From positions 33,950 through 52,385 of the forward strand of contig CAYQCE010000023.1 in NCBI GenBank assembly GCA_964415885.1: a stretch of 18,436 bases of DNA. The letters are read 5' to 3'. Made by a program: the position numbers and the translations under genes. Below are positions 7,866 to 15,272 of this stretch, piece by piece. The DNA is from an uncultured Ignavibacteria bacterium. GTDB lineage: Bacteria > Zixibacteria > MSB-5A5 > JAABVY01 > JAHJOQ01. Below the pieces are notes generated by a model. It had not been told where the DNA came from. It saw only the letters and a program-made list of their open reading frames with translations, and made no database searches. The number at the start of each line of letters is the position of its first letter. The first letter of the stretch is position 1.

Positions 7866-9365
7866 ATGCTTAACAGATGTAGAAACAGCAACCGAGCAAA
7901 TCGCGGCTCTGTACTCAGCGCAATTCTAACGACACTTCTCATAGTGACCGGAATGACAACTGCAAATGCACAACCTGTTGAGATGTCATTGGATGACGAC
8001 GAGATCACCTTTGCGGTGGAAACAGAGCTTCTCGTGGATCAGTTGGTACAGTCGCACCTAATTGATGTAGAGACGAAAGATGGAGTTGTCACACTCAAGG
8101 GAACGGTTGACAACATCCTTGCCAGGAACAGGGCGGAGAGACTTGCAGAGCGTGTGAAAGGCGTACGTTCGGTAATCAACCCGATAATTGTCGAACCGGT
8201 CTATCGAGCCGATGAAGATATTCTAAGCGATGTGAAACTCGCCCTGCTGATCGATCCGGCAACGGAATCATACGACATCGATGTCTCGGTGTCGGATGCG
8301 GAAGTGCGCTTGAATGGAACGGTCGACTCGTGGCAGGAAAAGATGCTCGCCGAACGAGTGGCCAAAAGCGTCAAGGGTGTCCGTGCGATTGACAACGAGA
8401 TCGCAGTCGATTACGCGGCGGACCGAAGCGATCAGGAAATCAGAAACGATATCAAGGGTCGTCTCGAAGCCGACGTCTGGATTGATGAGTGGCTGATCGA
8501 TGTGGACGTCGACAATGGCAACGTCACTCTCAGCGGTTCGGTCGGAAGTGCGGCAGAGAAACGGTATGCCGAGGCGGATGCCTGGGTTGCCGGCGCCACG
8601 TCTGTCGATGTCTCCGATCTCGAGCTGGAATGGTGGGCGAGAGACGAAACGAAGCGTAAGCAGAAGTACCAGGGGGTGGATGATCCGCAGATACGGGACG
8701 CCGTGATGGACGCGCTTTTCTATGACCCGAGGGTTACATCGGCCGGAATAAAGGTCAAGGTCAAGAACGGCGTAGCCAAATTGTCCGGCGAAGTCGACAA
8801 CCTTGCTGCGAAAAAGGCGGCCGAAGAGGATGCCGAGAACACCTTCGGCGTCTGGGTGCTCCAGAACCATATCCGCGTTCGACCAGACGAGATAGCGCGG
8901 AATGACGACCTCAAGAACGATGTCCTTCAGGCTCTGATGCGTGACCCACATATCGAGTCGTTCGACATCGAACCAGAAGTTCGCATGGGTCTGGTTTACC
9001 TCGAGGGTACCGTAAACAGTGACTTCGAGAGACGGCATGTGGAAGAGGTTGTCGAAAATGTGAAGGGTGTTGTCGAGGTAATCAATCTGCTCGACTACAG
9101 GTTCGAATGGGTGCCGATGCCTGACCGCAAAATTAAGCGTAATGTCGCGGAACAGCTTTACTGGTCACCGTTCGTCGACCGCGAGCAAATCGATATTGAG
9201 ATCAACAACGGCATCGTAACGCTTTCCGGCGTAGTCGAATCTTGGCGGGAAAGACATGCCGCCGAGATGAACACGTTCGAGGCCGGAGCCAGGGATGTCA
9301 TAAACCAGATATTGATAGAGGCTCATCCGTACGAAGAGCTGACACCGATTCGCGGAGAAAGATAA
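7866..9365 (+). CDS. secreted protein with six tandem BON (OsmY-like) domains
   Basis: 499 aa. N-terminal signal peptide (…LLIVTGMTTANAQP). Six ~75-aa repeats, each ending in the BON signature V.GV..V.N.I.V: VKGVRSVINPIIV, VKGVRAIDNEIAV, VAGATSVDVSDLEL, TFGVWVLQNHIRV, VKGVVEVINLLD, EAGARDVINQILI. RBS AAGGAGGG upstream. Confidence 0.8.
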   Translation: MLNRCRNSNRANRGSVLSAILTTLLIVTGMTTANAQPVEMSLDDDEITFAVETELLVDQLVQSHLIDVETKDGVVTLKGTVDNILARNRAERLAERVKGVRSVINPIIVEPVYRADEDILSDVKLALLIDPATESYDIDVSVSDAEVRLNGTVDSWQEKMLAERVAKSVKGVRAIDNEIAVDYAADRSDQEIRNDIKGRLEADVWIDEWLIDVDVDNGNVTLSGSVGSAAEKRYAEADAWVAGATSVDVSDLELEWWARDETKRKQKYQGVDDPQIRDAVMDALFYDPRVTSAGIKVKVKNGVAKLSGEVDNLAAKKAAEEDAENTFGVWVLQNHIRVRPDEIARNDDLKNDVLQALMRDPHIESFDIEPEVRMGLVYLEGTVNSDFERRHVEEVVENVKGVVEVINLLDYRFEWVPMPDRKIKRNVAEQLYWSPFVDREQIDIEINNGIVTLSGVVESWRERHAAEMNTFEAGARDVINQILIEAHPYEELTPIRGER

Positions 9366-9404
9366 TAGTACTGACTAACAGGACTCCAAGGGAGGAGATT
9401 TCAG

Positions 9405-9800
9405 ATGTTCATCGCAGATATATTGGCAGCCTTCGTGATCGCGCTGCTATTGAGTTTTCTGCTTGCGGTAGTGTTCGGATGGGAACATCCCGGAAGACCG
9501 GGAGTGTGGCCTTCGCTGCTATTCGTATTCTTCATAATCTTCCTGGCGACCTGGGCGTTCGGTGCATGGATACCGCCGGCAGGACCGGCAGTCTGGGGAG
9601 TTTACTGGCTGCCGTTCATCGGCATCGGCCTGATATTCATGCTCCTGATAGCGGCTCTGATCCCACCGCTAAGAGGGAAACGGAGAAGAACGGCACGCGA
9701 GGAGGAAGCGGCCGAAGAAGCAGGTACCGCCATCGGTGTCTTCTTCTGGGTTTTCATGCTGTTTCTGATAATAACCATAATCGGACATTACGCGTTCTAA
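9405..9800 (+). CDS. small integral membrane protein of unknown function (3-4 TM helices; charged loop RGKRRRTAREEEAAEEAG)
   Basis: 131 aa, strongly hydrophobic. RBS AAGGGAGGAG 9389-9398. No recognisable family motif. Confidence 0.5.
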   Translation: MFIADILAAFVIALLLSFLLAVVFGWEHPGRPGVWPSLLFVFFIIFLATWAFGAWIPPAGPAVWGVYWLPFIGIGLIFMLLIAALIPPLRGKRRRTAREEEAAEEAGTAIGVFFWVFMLFLIITIIGHYAF

Positions 9801-9891
9801 CGGGATAGCGCGTGATCCGTGTAAGACGAGATTTCAAAGTCTCTAATTGGAGAACATCAAATAGATATCATATACCTTAGGAGGTTTAGTG

Positions 9892-10323
9892 ATGCAGATG
9901 AAAGAACTGATGACAGATGAAGTGAGACTTGTACACACAAACTCAACAGTACATGAAGCAGCGGACAGAATGAAGAAATTCGATGTCGGCGCTCTGCCGG
10001 TAGTGGAGGGCGAAAAGGTCGTCGGTATGCTGACCGACCGTGACATAACGGTCCGTGCAGTCGCGAACAAGGCCGATCCGATGAAGACACGAGTTAGCGA
10101 TATCATGACGCCTGAAGTCGAGTACTGCTACGTCGATCAGCCGCTCAACGAATGCGCAAAGATAATGAGAGACAAGCAGATCAGACGATTGGTCGTCATG
10201 GACAGAAACGAAAAGGTCGCGGGAATATGCTCTCTCGGTGATATTGCTCTCAATGCAAGCGATGAGTTGAGCGAAAAGGTTCTCGAAGACGTCTCCAAGC
10301 AGGATAAAGACACCGACACGTAA
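9892..10323 (+). CDS. CBS-pair domain protein
   Basis: Two CBS motifs: '...VHEAADRMKKFDVGALPVVEGEKVVGMLTDRDI' and '...LNECAKIMRDKQIRRLVVMDRNEKVAGICSLGDIA'. The track starts at GTG 9889; ATG 9892 is 7 nt after RBS AGGAGG (9879-9884). Confidence 0.85.
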   Translation: MQMKELMTDEVRLVHTNSTVHEAADRMKKFDVGALPVVEGEKVVGMLTDRDITVRAVANKADPMKTRVSDIMTPEVEYCYVDQPLNECAKIMRDKQIRRLVVMDRNEKVAGICSLGDIALNASDELSEKVLEDVSKQDKDTDT

Positions 10324-10352
10324 TCTATGTTTGCCTGCAAACCAGCATGGGT

Positions 10353-10378
10353 CTGCGCCCGGAAAGCTCCGGGCGCAG
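10353..10378 (+). terminator. hairpin downstream of the CBS gene; candidate intrinsic terminator
   Basis: CTGCGCCCGG (10353-10362) / CCGGGCGCAG (10369-10378): perfect 10-bp GC-rich stem with a 6-nt loop, followed by a T-rich stretch tctcgtgtgtt. Confidence 0.5.
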
Positions 10379-10434
10379 TCTCGTGTGTTGAGTTCTGAAC
10401 AGTACGACACTTCCAACAGGGAGGCGAGAATAAA

Positions 10435-10962
10435 ATGCAGCTCAAAGACAGAAAGCTCGCAATCTTCCTCGAAAATATGTACGAGGATATCGAATTCTGG
10501 TATCCGTACTACAGAATGCAGGAAGAGGGAGCGGAGGTGGAAATCATCGCTCCACAAAAAGGTGAATACAAGGGGAAACACGGAGTGAAGGCAACCGCCG
10601 ACAAGGCAATTGATGACGTCAATTTCGAGGAATACGACGCAGTTATCATTCCGGGTGGTTTCTCACCAGACTACATGCGCCGATCCGACGCAATGGTCGA
10701 TTTCGTGAGACAGATGGACAACAGCAAAAAAGTTGTTGCGGCGATCTGCCACGGTGCATGGCTGCCGGCGAGCGCCGACATACTGAAAGGCAAGAAGCTC
10801 ACGAGTTTCCATTCGATAAAGAAGGACTTGGAAAATGCCGGGGCTGAGTGGACAAATCTACCGGTGGTTAAGAGCGGAAACCTGATTACAAGCAGGAATC
10901 CGAATGATCTCCCGCAGTTCTGCACTGCAATCATCGAAGCGGTAGCGAACAACATACCGTGA
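10435..10962 (+). CDS. DJ-1/PfpI family protein (class I glutamine amidotransferase-like; YhbO / general-stress-protein-18 type)
   Basis: 175 aa. Nucleophile elbow 'AAICHGAW' (Cys-His), 'VIIPGG', overall DJ-1/PfpI length and layout. RBS AGGGAGG upstream. Confidence 0.9.
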   Translation: MQLKDRKLAIFLENMYEDIEFWYPYYRMQEEGAEVEIIAPQKGEYKGKHGVKATADKAIDDVNFEEYDAVIIPGGFSPDYMRRSDAMVDFVRQMDNSKKVVAAICHGAWLPASADILKGKKLTSFHSIKKDLENAGAEWTNLPVVKSGNLITSRNPNDLPQFCTAIIEAVANNIP

Positions 10963-11004
10963 TTCTGTAGATATCTCTCTGCCTCAAATTCCACTTTCCC
11001 CGGA

Positions 11005-11036
11005 GAATGCCGGCTTCTACCCGCAGGCCGGCATTC
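11005..11036 (+). terminator. hairpin downstream of the PfpI gene; candidate terminator
   Basis: GAATGCCGGC (11005-11014) / GCCGGCATTC (11027-11036): perfect 10-bp stem with a 12-nt loop. Only a short T-run (cacttta) follows. Confidence 0.45.
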
Positions 11037-11147
11037 ACTTTAGGTCCTCAGCAAATCAGCCCATTCGCAATTCAATCAGACTTCAGATATGTCAGTATCT
11101 TGTAAATGTACGAAGAATGCATGATCAACCGGCTTGAGTCCATTATC

Positions 11148-11165
11148 GTGTACCATAGCTTCACA
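11148..11165. promoter_or_regulatory. imperfect inverted repeat GTGTACC-atagc-TTCACA (motif copy C); candidate operator
   Basis: In the 367-bp leader of the second BON gene, followed 5 nt later by a GGCAC-N8-GC sigma-54-like element (11171-11184). Confidence 0.3.
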
Positions 11166-11329
11166 TATCAGGCACAACTCCGGCCCTACACGCGATTACG
11201 CATACAGCGCTCAAACATCAGAGTCTTCAGCGCCTTATACGACAGCAACTTACAGCCATCATGCGCTAATCGGCATGATAGTTGTTCTATCACATTATGG
11301 ATGACAAAAACTGATCAAGGGAGGAGCTG

Positions 11330-12778
11330 ATGAACCTGACATATCTCACTAAGAAGAAATCAACAAGTACGTTACTGCTCGCACTGCTATGTGCCATTTT
11401 CGTCGGCGCCGGCGCATCAGCACAAGAAACTCAAGCCGACATTTCTGACGCTGACATAACGTTTGCAACTAAGAACGAGTTGCAACAGGATCCGGTAGTT
11501 GCCGGCAAGTTCATCAATGTTTCGACTACCAACGGAGTGGTCGAGTTGACCGGCTCCGCGACAAGCATGCGGGAGAAGAAGCGTGCGACATTACTCGCCA
11601 AATCCATACGCGGTGTGCTTTCCGTGGTCAACAGAATCTCGGCGAAGGCACCGGAGCGGTCCGATGAGCAGATCAATATCGATGTCCAGGAGGCACTGGC
11701 GTTTGACCCGGCTACTGACAATTATGACATTGATGTGTCCGTGTCGGACGGTATTGTGACCCTGTCCGGAACCGTTCAGTCGTACCCGGAGATGAAACTC
11801 GCGGAAAAGCTCGCAATGGGTGTACCGGGAGTAAGAGACATAGAGAACAACATCTCGATGCACTACTCGGAAGAGAGAGCGGACGCGGCGATCGCCGACG
11901 ATGTAAAGAGACGAATCGCGTACGATGCGCGAGTCGATGATGAAATGATCGAGGTAGACGTCGAGAACGGCAATGTGTTTCTGAGCGGCGCCGTCGGCAG
12001 CGCCGCCGAGAGAAGCCTTGCTTCTGCAGACGCCTGGGTAATTGGCGTTAATTCAGTAGATGTCACGAATATCGAGGTACGTTGGTGGGCTCGCAATGAT
12101 ATGAAAAAGATAGAGGTCTACAAGGACCTTACCGACGCGAAGATCAGAGATGCCATCCTTGAGGCGCTCGTGATTGACCCGAGAATATTCATGGATGAAA
12201 TCACCGTACTCGTAAACGACGGCTTCGTCACCCTTCGTGGCAAAGTCAACGACTTGCGAGCGAAGAAGGTCGCCGAGCAGGACGCGCTGAACACTGTCGG
12301 AGTCTGGGGTGTAGACAACAACCTGACCGTGTCGCCGGACACGCAGCTTTCAGATAACGAAATCGTGAGCAGGATAGAGAGCGCAGTCCAAAAGGAACCG
12401 TACGCTGATATGGAGGCAATCGAGGTCAGTTCAAACGATGGCATCGTGCGGCTAAGTGGCGAGATAGCGAGCGTCTACGAAAGTGAGCTTATCGAGAAGA
12501 TTGCCTGGCGAACCAAGGGCGTAGTTGATGTCTCCAACGAGTTGAGCACAAGTATGGCTCAGATAAACAAACAGGACAAAGAGATTCTCGCGGGGATTGA
12601 ATCAGAGCTGATTTGGAGCCCGCATCTCGATTTGGAGAACATCAACGTCAGAGTTGTTGATGGGAAGGCGACCATCGAGGGTACGGTCGACTCATATCAC
12701 AAGAAGCTTCTCGCGGAGAAGAACGCCTACCAGGGTGGCGCGAGAATAGTCGAGAACAAAATCGAGGTAAGTCGTTAG
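11330..12778 (+). CDS. secreted six-BON-domain protein, paralog of 7866..9365
   Basis: 482 aa. Signal peptide (…AIFVGAGASAQE). Six BON repeats: IRGVLSVVNRISA, VPGVRDIENNISM, VIGVNSVDVTNIEV, TVGVWGVDNNLTV, TKGVVDVSNELST, QGGARIVENKIEV. Collinear with the first BON protein (e.g. 'DPATDNYDIDVSVSDGIVTLSGTV' vs 'DPATESYDIDVSVSDAEVRLNGTV'; 'NGNVFLSGAVGSAAE...ADAWV' in both). RBS GGGAGG 5 nt before the ATG. Confidence 0.8.
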   Translation: MNLTYLTKKKSTSTLLLALLCAIFVGAGASAQETQADISDADITFATKNELQQDPVVAGKFINVSTTNGVVELTGSATSMREKKRATLLAKSIRGVLSVVNRISAKAPERSDEQINIDVQEALAFDPATDNYDIDVSVSDGIVTLSGTVQSYPEMKLAEKLAMGVPGVRDIENNISMHYSEERADAAIADDVKRRIAYDARVDDEMIEVDVENGNVFLSGAVGSAAERSLASADAWVIGVNSVDVTNIEVRWWARNDMKKIEVYKDLTDAKIRDAILEALVIDPRIFMDEITVLVNDGFVTLRGKVNDLRAKKVAEQDALNTVGVWGVDNNLTVSPDTQLSDNEIVSRIESAVQKEPYADMEAIEVSSNDGIVRLSGEIASVYESELIEKIAWRTKGVVDVSNELSTSMAQINKQDKEILAGIESELIWSPHLDLENINVRVVDGKATIEGTVDSYHKKLLAEKNAYQGGARIVENKIEVSR

Positions 12779-12833
12779 TGAAACAGATGACCTGCAAAGC
12801 TAACATTACACTGATCGAAGAGGTGATTCCCCG

Positions 12834-13586
12834 ATGATCCGGAGCACGAATGACATACGCGGATTCAAAGTAGCTGCAAAAGACGGCGAATGCGGTAAAG
12901 TGGACGACTTTTTGTTCGATGACGCCGTGTGGACCGTCAGGTATCTCGTCGTTGACATCGGCGACTGGCTGACGGGCCGCAAGGTACTCATACCGCCGAG
13001 CGAACTCGATGTGCCCAATTGGGAAGAGCAGGCGTTCCCGGTCAATCTCACGAAAGAAGAGATCGAGAACAGCCCGCCGATTTCCTCGGATGAGCCGGTG
13101 TCCCGTCAGCACGAGGTCGCCCTTCACCAGCATTTCGGCTGGCAGCCGTACTGGGGCGGCGGTGTCGCTACCGGTGGAGCAACCGTGCCGGTCACGCGAC
13201 CGACCGATCCGGCCACGGCACAGGAAGGCGAAAGAGAGAAGGAAGTGAAAGGCGATCCGGGCCTCAGAAGCGCGAAAGAACTCGTCGCATACTACATACA
13301 GGCCGAAGATGATGAGATCGGTCATGTCGATGATGTGCTTCTCGACGACGACAATTGGGTGGTCCGATATCTGGTCGTCGACACTCGAAACTGGCTCCCG
13401 GGCAAAAAGGTTCTCGTTGCCGTGGATTGGATCCGTGAGGTCAGCTGGCTCGATACGAAAGTATTCGTGGACCTCACCAAGGAGCGAATACGGAACGGTC
13501 CGGAGTACAACTCATCCGGAAACGTTGATCGTATGTACGAGGAGACACTTTTCGATCACTACCAGCGTCCGAGATACTGGCTGTAG
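12834..13586 (+). CDS. tandem PRC-barrel domain protein (general-stress type)
   Basis: 250 aa. Two PRC-barrel repeats: 'IRGFKVAAKDGECGKVDDFLFDDAVWTVRYLVVDIGDWLTGRKVLIPPSEL' and 'LVAYYIQAEDDEIGHVDDVLLDDDNWVVRYLVVDTRNWLPGKKVLVAVDWI', joined by a Gly/Pro-rich linker. Confidence 0.8.
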   Translation: MIRSTNDIRGFKVAAKDGECGKVDDFLFDDAVWTVRYLVVDIGDWLTGRKVLIPPSELDVPNWEEQAFPVNLTKEEIENSPPISSDEPVSRQHEVALHQHFGWQPYWGGGVATGGATVPVTRPTDPATAQEGEREKEVKGDPGLRSAKELVAYYIQAEDDEIGHVDDVLLDDDNWVVRYLVVDTRNWLPGKKVLVAVDWIREVSWLDTKVFVDLTKERIRNGPEYNSSGNVDRMYEETLFDHYQRPRYWL

Positions 13587-13632
13587 AGTCTCCGGGCGTA
13601 GAATCTCAAATTGTGGAAAGGTGTTCTGACGA

Positions 13633-13923
13633 ATGGATGCCAGAGAGGCGTATCTCAAACGCAGAGAGGCCGAGATCAATGCAATGGAAAATGAACTCAA
13701 CCTGCTCGAAGAGCAATATGACGGTTCAAACAGGCCGGAAGCAGAGCGTCTCGAAAAGGACGTCCGGAGAACACAGCATCTCATCGACAATTTCAAGGAT
13801 GAGATGAGAGCGCAGAAGGAAGAGGGCGATGGCGAGTGGAGTGTTGAAAGGGAGCGCCTGCAGAAGAAATGGAACGTTATCAACGAGTCTCTCACCTCCA
13901 CTCTTCTAAATCTCGGCCGTTGA
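13633..13923 (+). CDS. small coiled-coil hypothetical protein
   Basis: 96 aa, charged and heptad-rich (…EINAMENELNLLEEQYD…KDEMRAQKEEGDGEW…). RBS GGAAAGG 13615-13621, 11 nt upstream. No family recognised. Confidence 0.4.
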   Translation: MDAREAYLKRREAEINAMENELNLLEEQYDGSNRPEAERLEKDVRRTQHLIDNFKDEMRAQKEEGDGEWSVERERLQKKWNVINESLTSTLLNLGR

Positions 13924-14004
13924 AACAGTCAATGGTCCTCACTCGTAAGATCAATATGAAGAGAATCCGCCCTAAACCGAATTCCCAGAACGGAGGTCAA
14001 TGTT

Positions 14005-15165
14005 ATGGAGAGACTCACCAGGAATCATCTCGCAAAACTCACAGAGCGAACCGATGAGAACAGCATATCGATATATATGCCCGCGGAAGTGGGTACGCAG
14101 GGTTTTGAGAAGAACCGCATCAGGTTCAAGAACCTCGTAAGCGACGCGCGAAAGCAACTCAAGAAACGAAATCTCTCCGACTCAGACATCGATGAGATTT
14201 TGAAGCCGATCGAGGAACTTATGCGGGAATCGACATTTTGGAGGAATCTCGGCAACGGGATGGCCTTGTTCCGATCTCCGCAGTACATGGAATCTCTGGA
14301 GCTATCGCGCGATGTAAATGAGCTCTCGGTCGTCTCTGATCGTTTTCATGTTAAGCCACTGGTCCACGAGCTGAACCGTGAGGGCAGCTTCGCACTCCTG
14401 ACTTTGAAACTCGGCGAAGTTCAGTTGTACGAGGGCGACCGAAATTCTCTTACGGCCGTTCCTGAGACAAACATGCCCGCCAGCCTGGCCGACGTTCTGA
14501 AGTATGACGAGTTTCGAAAACAAACGCAGTTTCATACCGGCGCTCCGAACAGGCCGGAGAGCGGCCGCGATGCAATGTTCTTCGGTTCCGGAGACGCAGA
14601 TTACGACAAAGTCAAAGCTGTCAAGACGTACTTTCGCGCGGTGGACAAGGGACTAAGTGAGGCAATCAATGACAGAAACATCCCCCTCGTTCTCGCCGGT
14701 TTGGATCATCTGCTGCCTCTCTACAGGGAAGTGTCCGGCTACAAAAACATTGCGGAGGAGCAGGTCTCCGGTGATCCGAAACAGTTGAACGAGGAGACAC
14801 TCCATGAACGCGCATGGAAAGCCCTCGAGCCCATCTTCGAATCAGACAAACTCAATCGCACCGCCAAATATAAGAGGCTGAAAGCTCAGGGATCCTCCGA
14901 GGCATCATCCGATCTCGACAAGATCGTGCCGGCAGCGGTTCACGGCAGGATCGATACGCTCTTCCTCGAACTCGGAGTGCAGCGATGGGGTAGATATGAT
15001 CCCGATAACATGAGCGCCATCGAACATGATAGCCCCGAGACCGGCGATATTGATCTTCTCGACTTCGCGGCGGCACGGACTCTCGCGTCGGGAGGCACAG
15101 TCTATGTCGTCAAGCAGGATGAGCTCCCGGACGGCGACTCAGCCGCAGCCATAATGAGATACTGA
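14005..15165 (+). CDS. bacterial aeRF1-superfamily (eRF1/Pelota/Dom34-like, 'baeRF'-type) protein lacking the NIKS and GGQ motifs
   Basis: 386 aa. Collinear similarity to eukaryotic eRF1 as I recall it. In the N-domain, 'ENSISIYMP' matches eRF1 'TSMISLIIPP'. At the start of the central domain, 'SDRFHVKPLVHELNREGSFALLTLKLGEVQLY' matches '[31 protein letters not shown]'. In the central domain, 'TYFRAVDKGL…IPLVLAG' matches 'NYVRKVAE…VAGLVLAGSADFK'. At the extreme C-terminus, 'SAAAIMRY' matches eRF1/Pelota 'GGIGGILRY'. The GGQ position reads 'FFGSGD' and the NIKS position reads 'KNRIRFKN'. Confidence 0.65.
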   Translation: MERLTRNHLAKLTERTDENSISIYMPAEVGTQGFEKNRIRFKNLVSDARKQLKKRNLSDSDIDEILKPIEELMRESTFWRNLGNGMALFRSPQYMESLELSRDVNELSVVSDRFHVKPLVHELNREGSFALLTLKLGEVQLYEGDRNSLTAVPETNMPASLADVLKYDEFRKQTQFHTGAPNRPESGRDAMFFGSGDADYDKVKAVKTYFRAVDKGLSEAINDRNIPLVLAGLDHLLPLYREVSGYKNIAEEQVSGDPKQLNEETLHERAWKALEPIFESDKLNRTAKYKRLKAQGSSEASSDLDKIVPAAVHGRIDTLFLELGVQRWGRYDPDNMSAIEHDSPETGDIDLLDFAAARTLASGGTVYVVKQDELPDGDSAAAIMRY

Positions 15166-15272
15166 ACCCTGTCATACAGATTCAGTCGGGCATCTATTTG
15201 CATTGACTGTTGAATCCGGTTCGGGTAACTTTGAGCTGACTGTCGAAAACAACTCCTGAGCAAGGTAATCCT

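Noticed and set aside
9242-9808. 188-aa plus-strand ORF spanning the BON1 3' end and the membrane-protein gene
   Set aside because: Alternate frame of two better-supported genes, with an Arg/Ser-rich low-complexity translation.
11106-11330. 74-aa ORF in the leader of the second BON gene
   Set aside because: No RBS, no recognisable motif, ends exactly at the BON start codon, and overlaps the candidate regulatory motifs. More likely non-coding leader.
15188-15202. GGGCATctatTTGCA sigma-54-like sequence upstream of the kinase gene
   Set aside because: The GG-to-GC spacing is one nucleotide short of the strict GG-N10-GC geometry when the good -24 hexamer is used. The alternative register spoils the -24 element.
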